This document shows, piece by piece, positions 1 to 14,552 of a DNA stretch of 64,000 nucleotides. Position 1 is the first letter of the stretch, and every line of letters begins with the position of its first letter. A program made the position numbers and the translations under genes. This DNA comes from Dimorphilus gyrociliatus (lineage: Eukaryota; Animalia; Annelida), in NCBI GenBank assembly GCA_904063045.1, contig CAJFCJ010000003.1, positions 3,086,504-3,150,503 of the forward strand, in the 5' to 3' direction. Under the pieces are notes generated by a model. That model searched no databases, was not told the DNA's origin, and worked only from the letters and a program-made list of their open reading frames with translations.

Positions 1-594
1 AATATAGCTGACTATGATTATATAAGATTCATCGCTTCTTTTTTTTCATTTAGCCCTCTACAGTTGATTTTCTCGCAGAAATATAGACAATATCAATAGA
101 AAATCGTTACCAAGTCAACCGAACACTGTTTATTTCAAGTTGGAGAGATCCATCACAATGTATAATAACTTGACTTATCATAATAGAAGGAAAATAACTA
201 TCTTAATTCAACATATAGTATTTGAGATATTCATATATTTTTATATGATATTTTGAAATTGTATCGGGTTTTTAAGTGTTCGTAGAGTTTCCTACTGAAA
301 CGATTTGCTATATTCACATGCACATGTTGAGAGTAATATCAAGGGATGCTTAATATAATATAGACATAATATAAAGTATAATTACTTTGCAAGCAAAGAA
401 AAATGCACATGGCTACGTTAATTATAAGAATTAATCCCGAACTACTTAAAGATAAATCTTGCTTTTTACGTGTATATTGGCATATAGTAGAAATGCAGGC
501 ATTGGTCTATGTGAATTATGTATTGTATATGTATGCTGTATATTAATATATAAATATTAGTATATGTATATATATATAATGTATCTAATAGTAC

Positions 595-632
<38 letters not shown>

Positions 633-3600
633 CTTTAAATCAGTATGCGGTAGTCGGCAGGTGGCGTTTATATCGATGAATAAATTTAATCGGTAACTTG
701 TAACGAAAAGATTGTTTGCAGAGTAATGAATCATACTAAATATTTCAATAATTCTTATCTTTATATTATTTGAAATCATTTAAATCATCCATTGCAGAGT
801 TTTATTCTTTGCAGTTATTTTACTATAATATTTTACAGTAGCGTTTCGTGAACGTCGTACAATATTTACGTAACACCATTATTTGACGTGATAAGATGTA
901 TTAGTTTGATCTACATTCAAGGGCCCTTAAGCAGTTTGCTGTTTTCTTTGTCTAAAACATATAATGAATGATACATGAAAATATATATAAGTATATATAT
1001 TTCACGTTGAATGTTCCATCTTTAGCAGACTTTGAACTTGAAATAAAAGAAAAAAGGGTTGCACTTGAGGAGAGATCAATAATTAAATACAATTTATATC
1101 GCTGAATATGACTAAATCGTAAATCCTAGTTGAATAATAATAAATATATTGGTGACGCAAACCTCTTTTTAACGCCTCGCGTATATGAAATTAGCGTATT
1201 ATGGGAAAAAAGGCCACCCACCGATGCCACGCTATTCTGCCATTCATCAAAACGGGTGACGGACGCTAAATGAATGCTGACGTTGGGCGATCATATAATG
1301 TATAAAATTGGCGATTTCGTAGTGGCAGTGCGTAGAGAAAGTATTGTTAATGATATTCGTAATTATAATAGTAATACTTTGCTATAGCTTATTAAGCTTT
1401 TCAATATATTGAAAGAATTGGATAAAATGGATAGGGTAGAAGGACTTTCTTTTTCTATTATTTATATTATACTTTCCCTGCCGTTTATAAAACTAACTTT
1501 ACGATTCATACTCTTCTGGAAAATAACAGAGTTGCGCAATCACTAATTATAGTAGAAAATAGCAAAAGTTTCTTATAATTTTCCATAATCAAAAGAAAGA
1601 TTAAAGTAACTTCTTGTAAAGGCAGCTGTACTGCTGTTTAAATCTATGAAACTTTACGCAAGACAATTTTATTGGTAATGTATTTAATATATGCTTTACT
1701 AAGTATACACTCATATATAGATATGCATATACATACATGTATATATAAATGTATATATATATATAAATTTATATATATATAGATAATGTATACAAAATAT
1801 AAGTATCTTTGTATACATTGTCTAATAGTGTACATATTTTTTCTCATTTAAAAGTATATATTAAGTAAATAACTATGAATTTTCTTAGTTTTCCCTTTAT
1901 GTTTATATATGTAAAAATATAATGTATCTGCAGAAGACAATATATTTTATAAATATATACAGTATAGTTTATAATATAAAGTAATATATACATCGATACT
2001 TATTTACTGTTTATACCGTAAAGTAGATCGGCCAAAAACGAATGAAGCTTTGTAGAAATCAATGATATTGAATGAACAAGGAATCGAGAAAAAAGAAAGA
2101 AAAAGAGAGACAGAGAGCGAGAGAGAAAGAGAGGAGAGAGGAAAAGTGTCAAGCTTGTACGTAGTAAGATGATCCGAAAAAATTTCGACTATATGCTTCT
2201 CTATGGCTTTCTAGCACCCAATACTAGAGGATATAGAATTTACAGGAATTTATCATATAATATTCTTAGGAGGCAAGGAACTCAGAAAGGGGGTACATAT
2301 TATAACCACGCCCTACTACATAATATTGCTTTCATACAGCCGATACGTAATGGCGTTTAATCGGACTATTCGCCGATTAGCGACGTCATAGCATCATTTT
2401 TGAAGTGCTATTTATGCTAGACTACAGCGTTATAGATAGGATGTTAGTTTTTATATTTATATGATCAGTTATAGTTGCAACCCTTTGTTTTTCTGTATCA
2501 GCCTGGTATGTTTAATTTGATGAATATCCTTTGAAAATATTCATTTTTTTACGCTTAGGCATGATAATGACGCGTAATCGAGTTACAATCTGACTAGCAA
2601 TGTCTGGGTGTCGTCGCGAGACGTTATTAATGCAAAACTGGGGAAATGGATATTCTAATAGCGTCTCTTTGGCTAATAAGATACTTTAAAGCGCTAAAAG
2701 ACGCCGCCTGCGAGACGGTAGTGGAAATAACAATTCCATTATGCAGCCATTAACGGCGCGGTCAACTTTATAAGCCGATATAGACGTCAGCGCTCCGTCG
2801 TGCTGACAAGCCGAAAAGAGTCTTTCGTGTTCGCCGTAAAGGATTTTGCAGTCATGCAACGCTGTATATGAGCGTTATGTATCGCAAAAAAAAATGCTAC
2901 GTCTCTTAGAACTAAGCATTTAGCTCGGCAGATTTTTGTAACGCGGCAGAAACGAGGTTAATTCTTATGCATTGAATAAGTGTATGGGCTTAATATTCTT
3001 TTCCCTTTAACTTTTTACTTTTTATATTTTATACGAAAAATACCACTCGACACTGGTCTTTACTTCAAAGAAGTTGCAACAAGATCTGCAATAGTAGTGT
3101 TAATAGTACTATTGTATATTATTTCAATGAGTTTACTTTTGAAAGTACACTTGACTATAATTGATAGAAAAGGGAGGTCTTACAGCTGTTTATTATTTTT
3201 GAGCTTATCTACACTATATCTAAATAAAACGTAAATTATTTGCTGTTATCTCAACGAACCCTCCCTCTATGCCTTTTTGTTCTTTGCTTGCTTTAAATTA
3301 TACATACAGAATATTTTTTGAACAAGCAGTTTATAGGTTGATTAAAGGTAAAAATTTAAAACGGAGAAATCATAGATAAATAGATAGATAAAGATAGAGA
3401 AAGGGAAGAGAAAGAAAGAAGTAGAGAGAGAGAGAGAGCGCGCGAGTAACTGTTACATAAAAAAATACCGGATGGTAAGTAAATATTAAGTCGAAAGTAA
3501 TGGATTTAATTTTCTTAAATTTACTAAAGGCAATTTTACAATTCGTTGCATTTAACGATCTGAAACATTTACAAAATGTAAAAGGAATAGTCAACTAGAG

Positions 3601-5864
3601 AAATACGTGTAATGATACACAACATAAAACTGCTTAACGAAAAGAATATTATACTAGGGGTTTTATAAGAAATGGGTAAAGGGTTAATACTAAAGGCTTT
3701 GAAGGGAAAATATCCTTTCCGAATTATCAAGATTTTTTTATTCTTTCTTTCTTTCTAATGCCTAATCTTTATTTCTTACATATCTCTTTTCATTTTGTTT
3801 AGCTGTGTTGCAACTTATGATTGAATAAATATTAAACTTATAATTAAGTACTTATGAGACTAGTGACGCTAATGAATAGAACTCAACAGCAAGAACATAT
3901 TAGGCTAACTCTTTTTGATTTTACCATATTTCTCTATTGTTATTTTCTTTCTTCCTCTTCCCTCCCATATCCCCCTTCCGCGCCCTTCTCTCTCTCATTC
4001 ACTCAAACTTACTCATTCATTTATACCCCAAGTTTGCTATCCATTTTCCCGCCTCCTAACATCATTTTTTCTTTTCCATCTTGTGAAAATCCTTAACTGT
4101 CTGCTACAGAGGAAAATGTCACGCTTTTTTATATAATAAAAGCTTAAGAAGAATTTTTATTTATGGTTTTTTTCTACGACATAATTGATTGATGTCATTT
4201 TCGTAAAGAAACGTTCAAAAGGCTGGATTTACGAAATAATTTTATAGAATCAAATTTTGAGCAGATTCTAATGAAGATGTGTCATTACAAAGAAAAGAGT
4301 TTATTAGAGTTGGTCATTATTTATAAAGATACATACCAAATTAAGAGATTTTCTTTTTTAAAACTATTCTATTATTGGTTTATACTTACTTATTTAGCAT
4401 ATAATAGGTTAATATTTACAAAACTTTTTTCGCTATATACTTTTATATATGAAATATGCAAATATGCCTTTTGGGAATTCCCAATATGTATCATTTTTTC
4501 TTCGAAAGTATTCATTTTCTTTCTAGTGATCAATGCATTGTAAACAACCGAAACAGTTTGCGTACATCATAAAAAATGTAAGAAGAAACATAAGATGTTT
4601 GAGATAGCATACTAACCAAAAATAGTTTTTATTTCTTCTTTCTTTTTTTTGTTATTTTAAATTCTTCATGAATATTTAACTAGAAATCGGTCATATTTTT
4701 TTTATTATATATCTATTTACTGGATCTGATTAATACGATAATAAATCTTAAATACTTGAATTTTTTCTTATGTCTCTTAGCGTCTCCTTTACTTTCCGTT
4801 ATTCTTGTTTTATATCTTCCTACTCCCTTATCCGCTTTTCTTTGCTTTATACGATAACAATTATTGACAGAAAACTAATGTTTTTCTTTATCTTACTATC
4901 TCATTTTCTTGTCAGTGAAAATGATGAAAAATTGCTAACGTTTAAAGAGTAGAAGCTATTTTGGACCAATGTTCTTATGATAAAGTCAATATTTTTAAGA
5001 TAACGAGGTTTTCTAAAAAATTTATAAATGTTTCTTAGGTTTCTCTCCCTTTCTACTTTGGTTTCTATCAACAAAATTTCTACCCAAATCAAATATAATA
5101 AAATATGATTATAATTATTAATTTTCCTTATCGGAAAATAGCGATATATTGAATTTTACGAATATCCACTTAGCAAAAAAAAATGCCCAAGGTGGAATTT
5201 TCACCGTCCAACGGCCTTCAAAGTGGAAGCCTAAGCATTCAATTATCGATAACGTACGTATAAGGAAAACATCTCTCCTTTTATCTTAGTTCCACAAGTT
5301 TCTTACTTGCGATTAATTTGTTAACTAAATGCGTAAAGCGACAAGTTTTCGATTCGTGTCTGACATATTGCGCTTGGAAAGAAAAAAACACGTAAAATAC
5401 AATTAGTGTTTTTTGTTTCACTTTTACTCTGAGTAGAAACGGTGTTGATGGTCTATTTTCCAAGTGAATATTTCAATACAAACTCCTTTTGAAGGCATCC
5501 TATCGATTATATAGGTTGAAGGAATAAATGAAGTGAATGAAATTTCTCTTGCTTTTTACTTCATTCTAGTTAGACTTTTCAAATATTCCAATGCTACTCC
5601 AGTAATGAACAGTATAAGAAAACTAATTAGATAACTTGAGATCTATTTTGTTCTCAAAATAATAATTAACAAGAAGCGATCTTTATTCTTTTAAAGGATA
5701 AACTAAATATTTTTTCTACATACCACTTGGCCACCAAACTTCAAAACCGTCGATTTCTAATTTTCTAAAGGCGAATGAGAAAAAGGCAAGTAAGCGTAAG
5801 GCGTCCATATTTTCCTTTATCCGGCGTTTAATTAACGATTATTAATTAGTTGTACCGCCGTTAG

Positions 5865-6870
5865 TGACGCTGGCGAGAGAACGACGTTTATGTCGTTAAA
5901 CTTTCGATTTGACTATGAGGACTCCTGGCGGATATTTTCAATAAACACCTATTTAACAGTGACATCTGCCGTCATCCTTCAATATTTTTTAATATAATTT
6001 ATCAAAGTAGGCCTACTCTATAAGGAAAAGTTTGCTTATTCGAAAAGATAATCGCCTTCTTCTGTTTACTCACTCTTCTGATTGATTGAATGGGTTATGG
6101 AAAATGGAATCAATCTATTCAGGAAATATATTATTAAGACAAAAAACACCATCCAAAAAATAAGAAGTTGAACTAACAATAGAAAATTAAATGGAAAATT
6201 TAAACATTTATTAATAAGCCTAATGTAACGTTCGATAAAGAACTACTAAGCAAGAGAAGAAAAAGGAAAAGAAGGAGAAGGAGAAGAAGAAATAAATTAC
6301 GGATATGAGATTAAGGGGTGAGGGATTGAAATCATTAAATAGACTAATTATGAATTAATATTTTTCGAGAGTATATTTGCATTTAATCACATAGAATAGT
6401 TTGTTCATTTCTAGTTTAATCTATTAAATATATTACAGTTTTGTGATGAAGGCTTATATTTTATTTAACAAAACAATTTTTTTCAATTGACAAACAAAAA
6501 ACAATACGACTTCGTTAAATAGTCTGAAATATTCATTTATTCTTTTTGTAAATAACTTATTTAAACTTAACGAGTTTGTTACTCTTTTCAATATCAGTTT
6601 TAATATACGAAAAAGACTTTTAATATAAAAAATATAGTTTATTGAATATTTATTTATCAGTATTGTAAGATTATTACATGTATTTGTTTATATACTAGAG
6701 TATTACTAACTTAACCCTGACATTTATAATTTTAGACATCAAGTTTAACTAAATAGTAATACTAACACGAAAAGGTTACCTTGTAAAGAGCTAAGGTTTA
6801 TTGCTATACTATATAAATAACTCGCAGAAGAAACTAAAGATGGCGATATGGAGAAACGAAAGATAGAGTC
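5865..6870. repeat. Diverged direct duplication, copy 1
   Basis: Alignable by eye to 9575-10660; near-identical core around 6040-6140 (gaaaagataatcgccttcttctgtttactcac...), further shared blocks at ~6340-6520 and ~6830 (gaaactaaagatggcgata). Confidence 0.85.
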
Positions 6871-9574
6871 ATTAATTTTAAGTCATATTTAGAACATTTT
6901 AAGCCCTTTACAACAATATCTTGCTTTTTTTTTAAAGAAAAAATTATATAGTGTAAATTTATAAATTTATTTACAAGATATAGTTACTAAACGTTTTAGG
7001 ACATTTAATTTCTTAATCAGTGAGAGAGAGAGAGAGGTGGAGTACAAATGAAAAAAAGGAAAGCATAATTTGAGGAATAACCTGAAGATATCAGTATAAA
7101 AGCATTAAATAAAATTTAAATATAGGAAATTCTAAACTGAATAGAAAAAGTGTAGAAAGTGTTAACCATTAGATTACAGAGACTCTATATTTGTTAATAA
7201 ATATAATCTATAAGAATAAATACAATTAGGCTACTTACTTTTTAGAATCTGTCAAGTCCTATGGTACTAAGAAACTCTTTGCTGTTAGTTATAGTGTTGG
7301 AGAATGGTAGTTATGTATTTATTCTTAAGGCCTTTTTCCTTTTTTTTAAGTGTATAATTCTTATTTAGTCATAACGTATGGCAAGAGTCATAAGATCCCC
7401 TAGGATTTGACAAATAAGCCTCATTGAAGGAATACATCGTCCTAAAAAGGTTCAATTCCCTATATTTTATCTTAGTTTCAAATAACCTTAATGGATTTTT
7501 ACACACCTTACCTGACAAGACCAATAAAGGGCTCTAGATTTCTACTACTAAAAGCTAAAAAGGTGCTTATCCTTTCTAATTTTCACAATTCTTCCTTTAT
7601 ATAGATCTGAATATAATGTCTTATTGAGCTAAAATTTAAATCTAGATTCACAGGAAAACATTACAGCTTTCTGAAAGATTTTCTCAGAAAGCCTAATACA
7701 GTTCTTGATAGAGAGGAATTCTTTTCTTTAGTATAATTTACTGCTGTAAAATTTACACTACATACTTTTTCAAAGTATTCTTTGTTATTCGTCTAAGAAG
7801 ATATTATTTGCGAAAATGTCATTCTTTTTAAACATTCTTTGCTATTCAAAAGAGGGTTTTTTTCTGACTTAAAGAGTAGATTGTAGTGTTATCACAGATG
7901 TTCAGTTGCGATCATTTTCTTTCCTCCAGTAGAAAATATTTATAAAGCCTTCATACAAAATATATTATATTCCGTATTGCTGTTTCGCTTAGCAAGTATT
8001 ATAAAAGAGGTGATTAGACCATCTATTACTGTATTTTTTAATCAAATCATTAATTAGTTCAATTAACAGAATTGACAAACTAATAATTTTAAAGATAATT
8101 AAATAATTAACATATATTAGTATATATAGCATATATACTACTATATAAATATATATATATACAGTATATATATATATATTTTTTATATGCAGTATACTGT
8201 ACTTTACATAGATATATTCTATCTTTTATGCTATTTATAGAAAAGTAGAAGAACATTTCCTGTGTGTCCATGTTTTCTTCTTAACAATATCTGAATCATT
8301 TAGAACTGTTAGTAACTAAACATAAATTTGATAATTATCAGACGTTATTTTACAATTAGAATACAGCAAACATTTTAAAAGGTTGTATCACATGACAAGC
8401 TATCTAAGTAAAATGTATTCTAAAACGTACTTTTGATATAGTTAGTCTGATACTCAAGAGTTTTGTTAATCTAATGGGAGTAATGTTAATTAAATCTACC
8501 TTTAATCATTCATAGTTTTTATCGATGTTACACTAGTTTACAATAAAAAAAGTATTGAGTAATAAAACAGTCTTTATTTAGAAGACAGAAGTATAACAAT
8601 CCCAATGAGTAAAGCTTATTTATTTCCTGTTGAATCATGTTAGATGATGACTGAGTAAGTTTTCGTTCTATAAAAGTATTTTTGAGAATAGTAATGGTCG
8701 TTTTGTCAATACAATCTTTATCCGTCCACAGCACCTTGTTCTCAAGTTACTTTACTTTATCAGATATCCATAAAAGAATATTTATGTATATTTTGTATAT
8801 TACATTCTACACAGTTCGTATAAGAAATATATTCATTTTTTATTACACTACTTGTATTGTAATATATTGAAATTTCTATCCAGTTAAAAGAAATTAGAAG
8901 AAAAATGACTATATAAATTGAATTTTTTGCATACTAATAAAGGACAACTTAAGTGAAAGGAGCGTAATAATATTCAATTACATATATTAAAAAATTTCTA
9001 AATACTTTAGCTATTTTCAACTTCCATTAGGAAAGGCATTAAAATTACTTAATTCTCTATTTCGATAAAAAAAAATCTATAAATAATACAAAAAAGAAAA
9101 AAATTGTATTTTCCTCTATTAGGAAAATGTAAAAGACTTTGATTTAGAGTATATAATACATTCGTTAAAAGATAATAGATGCTTTATAATTAGGGTCATC
9201 GAAGATTTTCATTGATATAGTCTGTTAATATATAACAGAGTGATTAGCCGATGTTGTAGACAGAATGTCGACAGTTCTTTATATTAATTTAAACAAATTT
9301 ATTCGAATAGCGATCTTATGATCTTATGCATATAAGCATTATTTGCTAATTTATTATAACTTACTAAGACCTATCAAGTAAAGAGTCGAAGAATTTTATG
9401 ATAGATTCCAATAGATATCGTTCAAAGTACATGCTATGTTGTTTTTTATACTTGATTACTGAACTTTCAAACAACTAATTTATTCGAGACATTTTAAAAA
9501 CAAGCTATTGCAGTATATCCATTCATCTTACACATAGTACCATTTATTAATCATTGAAAAAAATTACTGCAACA

Positions 9575-10660
9575 ATGGCGCTGGTCAAATAACAACGTTT
9601 AGATCGTTAAAGTTTCAATTGATCAAATACAAACCCTAGCGGATATTTTAAGGCAGTATGCCATTTAACAGTGGCATCTGCCGTCATCTTGCCATCGTAT
9701 ATTCTTTAATATAATTTATTAAAGTAGGCCTACTTTATCATAAAAACTTTGCCTATTTGAAAAGATAATCGCCTTCTTCTGTTTACTCACTTTTCTGATT
9801 GATTGAATTGGTTATGGAAAATGGAATCAATCTGTTAAGGAAATTTATTATTAAGCCATAACTTCCATCCGAAAACATAAGCGCCATTAACAAAAGAAAA
9901 TTACATGAAACATGTAAAAATATATTTCGAAGCCTTGTATAATGTCAGAGAATAATGGGGAGCAAAGAGAAAAGAAAATTAGGAAATAGATTGAAAACTC
10001 AATGAGTTAGATAAGAAAAACAAATGTAAAGGTTAAAGGATTGTATTTTTCATTAGATTTATATAAATCAACAATATATAATAGAGAAACATCCTACCAA
10101 GAATGAAAATGATGAAAACTTAAACACATTCACATTCATCTCAAGGAACTAATTAAAAATACTAAATATGAATTACTACTTTTCTAGCGTATATATATGT
10201 TTAGCGACATGGAAAGTTCATTCATTTCTCACACAATCTATTAACTTTATTACAATTTTGTGTTGCGCTTATATTTTATTTAACAAACAATTTTTTGAAT
10301 TGACAAACAAAGCTATTTGATTTCGTTAAAGTATTTACTTTGGCCTAATGCATTATATTTCATTATTTCGCTAATAAGATAACTATGTGTAGTAACGACT
10401 GGACAATATATATATATATATACAGTATATATATACTGTATATTTATATATAATTTATGATTCAGAATAAAACAAAGCGTTGTTTTTTTTCTATATACTG
10501 TATTTGACATTTAGTATATATCCAATTTGACAAAATTGTAGCCTATAGAGAAAACGGCTACAATGTAAGCACAAAATTCTGTATATATTTTTTACTCATT
10601 CGTCTTGTTAGAAACTAAAGATGGCGATACGAGGAAGGAAGGAAAATGATTAATTATTCT
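9575..10660. repeat. Diverged direct duplication, copy 2
   Basis: Homologous to 5865-6870 at an offset of about 3.7 kb; boundaries approximate. Confidence 0.85.
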
Positions 10661-13600
10661 GTTAGTCTTTGTTCTACAGATAAATAGTCTATGGAACTTT
10701 TAAGAGATGTTTCTGCTCGATTCCTACTGGAAAAATTAATCAAAACACAAAGGCTAGAGAAGAGAGAATGAGTGGAAAGACTAAGAAAAAAATAAAGAGA
10801 GCGAAAATTCTTTTCTACATGGTTTTTAACAGAACTTTCTCATATCAAATATAATAAAAGAAAAGCGTTTCCCTTTTCGATTCAATCTGGACTTGTAAGT
10901 TGGATATCAAAAAACTAATTTGAAAAGTGCTTCCGATAATATTCTAGGTATGCCTTCGTAGACATACAAAAACTGTTCTTATTTAATTTATCTTCTTAAG
11001 TTTAGTGATATTAAAGCATTTTTCCTCTTCACCAACTCGTTCTTCTCTCGCCAATCTTTCTTGATCACTTTCTGCCTCTACTTCCCTCCAACTCTTTCTC
11101 ACTCTCTCTCTCTCCCTGAAAAGTGAATTAAAATCTTATTTCATGTTTCATTATTAAATTTTTACCCTTTCTTTTATTTATTGTTTGAAACAAAGTCTAA
11201 AAAGGTAAGAAAAATCAGCTTTTAATTAGAACTATTTAATTATTCAAATTTAACTGCCTAAAAAAAGAAATTTAAGGGAAATGAAGATAAAAAAGAAATC
11301 TTTACAAAAGATTTCTTACTCAATCACTCACCTATTAAAAATGTGGAAGTGATTTCATCTTTGAAATTTTGGGGCATCATACAAATTTCTCACGAAAGAA
11401 CAAGCTTTTCATACCAGAAGAAAGCATTATATATTAACCAGTTTCAGGGTCAAGGCTAGATTAAAAGTGCGTAGAAGAAAATGTAAAGTAGGCCCCTTTC
11501 ATCACTACCGTGTAAGAAAAACGTGTTTAAAGGCTTTATAGAGGTAGTTACTTATAGAGAAGAATAAAAATCAGAGATAATGAAATTTTTAAAAATTTTG
11601 TATATACTGATATATAAATATCCTGTATAAATACATATATATATATATAGAGAGAGGTAGAGATTTGTTATTGATAAGTATAAGAATAAACTGCACTTTT
11701 CATTTCTATATATAAATTTATATATATATATATATACTGTTTATGAGTAAAAGCTAAGGAAAGATTGAATTTTTCCTTAATCTATAGTTGTACAATTTCG
11801 GAATTTGATATGTTGTACAGACTCATTTCCATCGAATAGTACTTTTTGAAGTCTAGTAGCGATCGATGAAAAAATAATGCTAGTCAATTGGGAATTGATG
11901 AATTGGAAGTTTCCGAAACGAGTCTGTAAGAAAATTTTAAGGCTTTTTTTTGTAAAATTACAAATTCTAATAGTAATAATAAAATCAAATAACTAAAAAA
12001 TGAGAGTAGAATAGAAGAAGAGAGAGAAAGGGCAAAGAACTGTAATAAAAAGAAAAAAAGAAAGAACGGGGGTGGAAACAGAGAGAGAGAGAGGAGGGGG
12101 GGGGGAATGTTAAAAAAAACTTCTACGAGAAAGAGCAATAATGAAAGACGAAGTAAAAAAGATAACGTAAGAGAAGTCATCGATGTTTGAATTGTGTTTT
12201 AATATATCATTGTTATCAAGTACATTTATTAGTCTTTTTTATAATTGCTTGGTTTTTTTTTTATTTTAAATCATAATAAATAAACTAAAAGGGAACTTAT
12301 TGATTGGTAGAAAGTAAGGTCTGTCTTTTTAAAATTAATATGAGGAAGGTTAACACGTGCAGTAAACATCGGTCTCAGACTAGAGACTATTTGGTGGCCA
12401 TTTAATTTAAGGTTAAATTGATAGATGGCTATAGGTAATGGTAGATTCTTTAACAGAACATAAACCTTGAGATTACGTTATTCCAAAGCGTGTCAACAGA
12501 AGAACTTTGAATATCGGGAATCGTTCAATTTCACAAGATTCAGGCAATCATTGATAATTTTTATATGTATGTGTGTATATACATATATCAGATTGATTTT
12601 AGCTGGGATCAAAAGGTTTCATCCGCTATATATAAACCTTTCCCCAAATCTTGAAAAAATTTGCTTCGTTAAGAAATACTTTCTCATCTCTGTCAATTTT
12701 AAAAAAATTTGTCTCCTAAATAATTTATCATTGTTATTCTCTCTGCGTTTCAACTGCATACAACAAATGTCCATATATAGATAGATGTTTACTATGTATT
12801 TTCTACTATCTTTAATTGTCAAAACCGTCCGTTTTTTAATAAAATAATAATAGCTGAAATAAATATATCTTTTATCTCAGTTGTCTCTATTATATTTGTT
12901 AAATGAAGATTTAAAGACGGAATTAGTTGCGTTGACAACGCCATCTAATGTTCGTAGACGTCAATCAAATTCTTATCAGTTTTTCAGTTGATGGAACAAC
13001 GAAAGTATTTTTCAGCTACCTCAACTGATAGAAGATAATTTCGTTCTTAAAAAGCGCCAACAAAATTTTTCGTCTATTACTTGAATACAACGTTGATTGC
13101 AGTCGCTATCGATTAATGCAGTACGCGACGCTGCGGTTGATAGGCCTACGATGACGTCAGAAAAGGGTGTGGTGCAGTGCGAATATGCTGCCGTTGTATT
13201 ATTTTTTCTGCAATAGCACCAAAATTTTTTATTGGTTTTTAAAAGAACAAACGAAGATAGTGAACGAGTGGTGGAAGGAATGTTTTTGTAGAGTGCACGA
13301 AAAAGTATAACTGATTATCAGAGGTGGAACTGATTACTTATTATTAGAAATATTACTTATAATAGGAATTTTAAACGTTTTATTTATTACATTATATATT
13401 CTTTCTCCTTTTATTAAGATATATATATATATATATATTGAAGAATGAAGAGCGAAAGGAGGAAAATTGATTTTTAAAAATTACATTATTTAAAAATTGT
13501 AAAATTATGTTTGCCCTATATCGAAATTAGTATTGACTTTTAATAATAACACTGTTACAATATATACAGCATATATATAGATATATTTATATATATATAT

Positions 13601-14266
13601 ACTGTATAAAATCCTTAAGAGTAGAATAAGAAGTCATGTATTGTATCACGATTATCTAGGTCAATACACTAGTGGGATTGGGTCCGAAAACAGTCCACCA
13701 TTATAGTTCTAGATTAGAATTATTCGCTCAAGACAGTATAAGATATGCATACGTAATTTCTAGAATATACGCATATCTTTTCTTCTTTTTTTACCTAATT
13801 GCCGTAAAATCTTTAGGCGGTATTAGTTTAAAATTAAATATATAACAAAAACAAAATTATACGTTTAAATGATCACAACACAATTTTAGATATCAAGAAT
13901 ATGAAAAGAGAGAAACAAAGCCGATGGCTTAATAAAGTATTTCTTTATAAATAATTATAGAAATGCACGCAATATCTCGTTTTTAAAAAAAAAAACAGAA
14001 TTGAAAAGAAACTCTAAACTAAAACAGAGATTCAAATTTATTATTTCCTTCATTTTCTTGTTTTTTTTTTCATATTCCCTAGAACCTGTTGATAAGAGAA
14101 TTGCTAACTATATAACCCGACCTAATAGATTATTAGAAGACGTCTGAGAATTTTTTATTAACCTAAATTCGGTTAAATTGCAAAAAATGGACGAGTATTA
14201 GAACCACTTCCACCTCTGATTGTACGAAATTTTTGCAGACAAACGCCCATAGTATATATATAAACA

Positions 14267-14301
<35 letters not shown>

Positions 14302-14503
14302 TGTATATAAGGAAACATATGCACTTTATACACATTTATGTAATCATATATACGTATACAGGTTAAATTTTTACCCTATACGCAGACCCTACATCTAAAT
14401 CGGATGCAGGATTAATTAATTTATGCATGTATACTATCAACTAGTTTTCCATTTAAAGATTAAACGCATCACAAAACATTAAAATGCATATATATACATA
14501 TAC

Positions 14504-14510
<7 letters not shown>

Positions 14511-14548
<38 letters not shown>
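14511..14548. repeat. (TA)19 microsatellite within a TA/CA low-complexity block (~14230-14800)
   Basis: Direct reading; one of many (TA)n tracts. Confidence 0.9.

Positions 14549-14552
<4 letters not shown>

Noticed and set aside
5170-5510. Phase-consistent chain of tiny plus-strand exons
   Set aside because: Needs introns of 31-45 nt, much shorter than any intron in the confirmed genes (minimum 71 nt); the peptide is unrecognisable, so likely over-fitting.
7449-7460. tRNA B-box-like GGTTCAATTCCC (also GGTTCGACTC at 21356-65)
   Set aside because: No A-box, T-stem or acceptor stem; no cloverleaf can be formed.
7370-7950. Minus-strand open segments with a CAG|GTAAGG donor near 7510
   Set aside because: Frames do not join without frameshifts or stops; segment lengths (~40 codons) are within chance; at best a decayed pseudogene.
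12994-13028. TCAGTTGA/TCAACTGA hairpin as a possible miRNA
   Set aside because: Only an 8-bp stem, poor extension, no known miRNA seed recognised.
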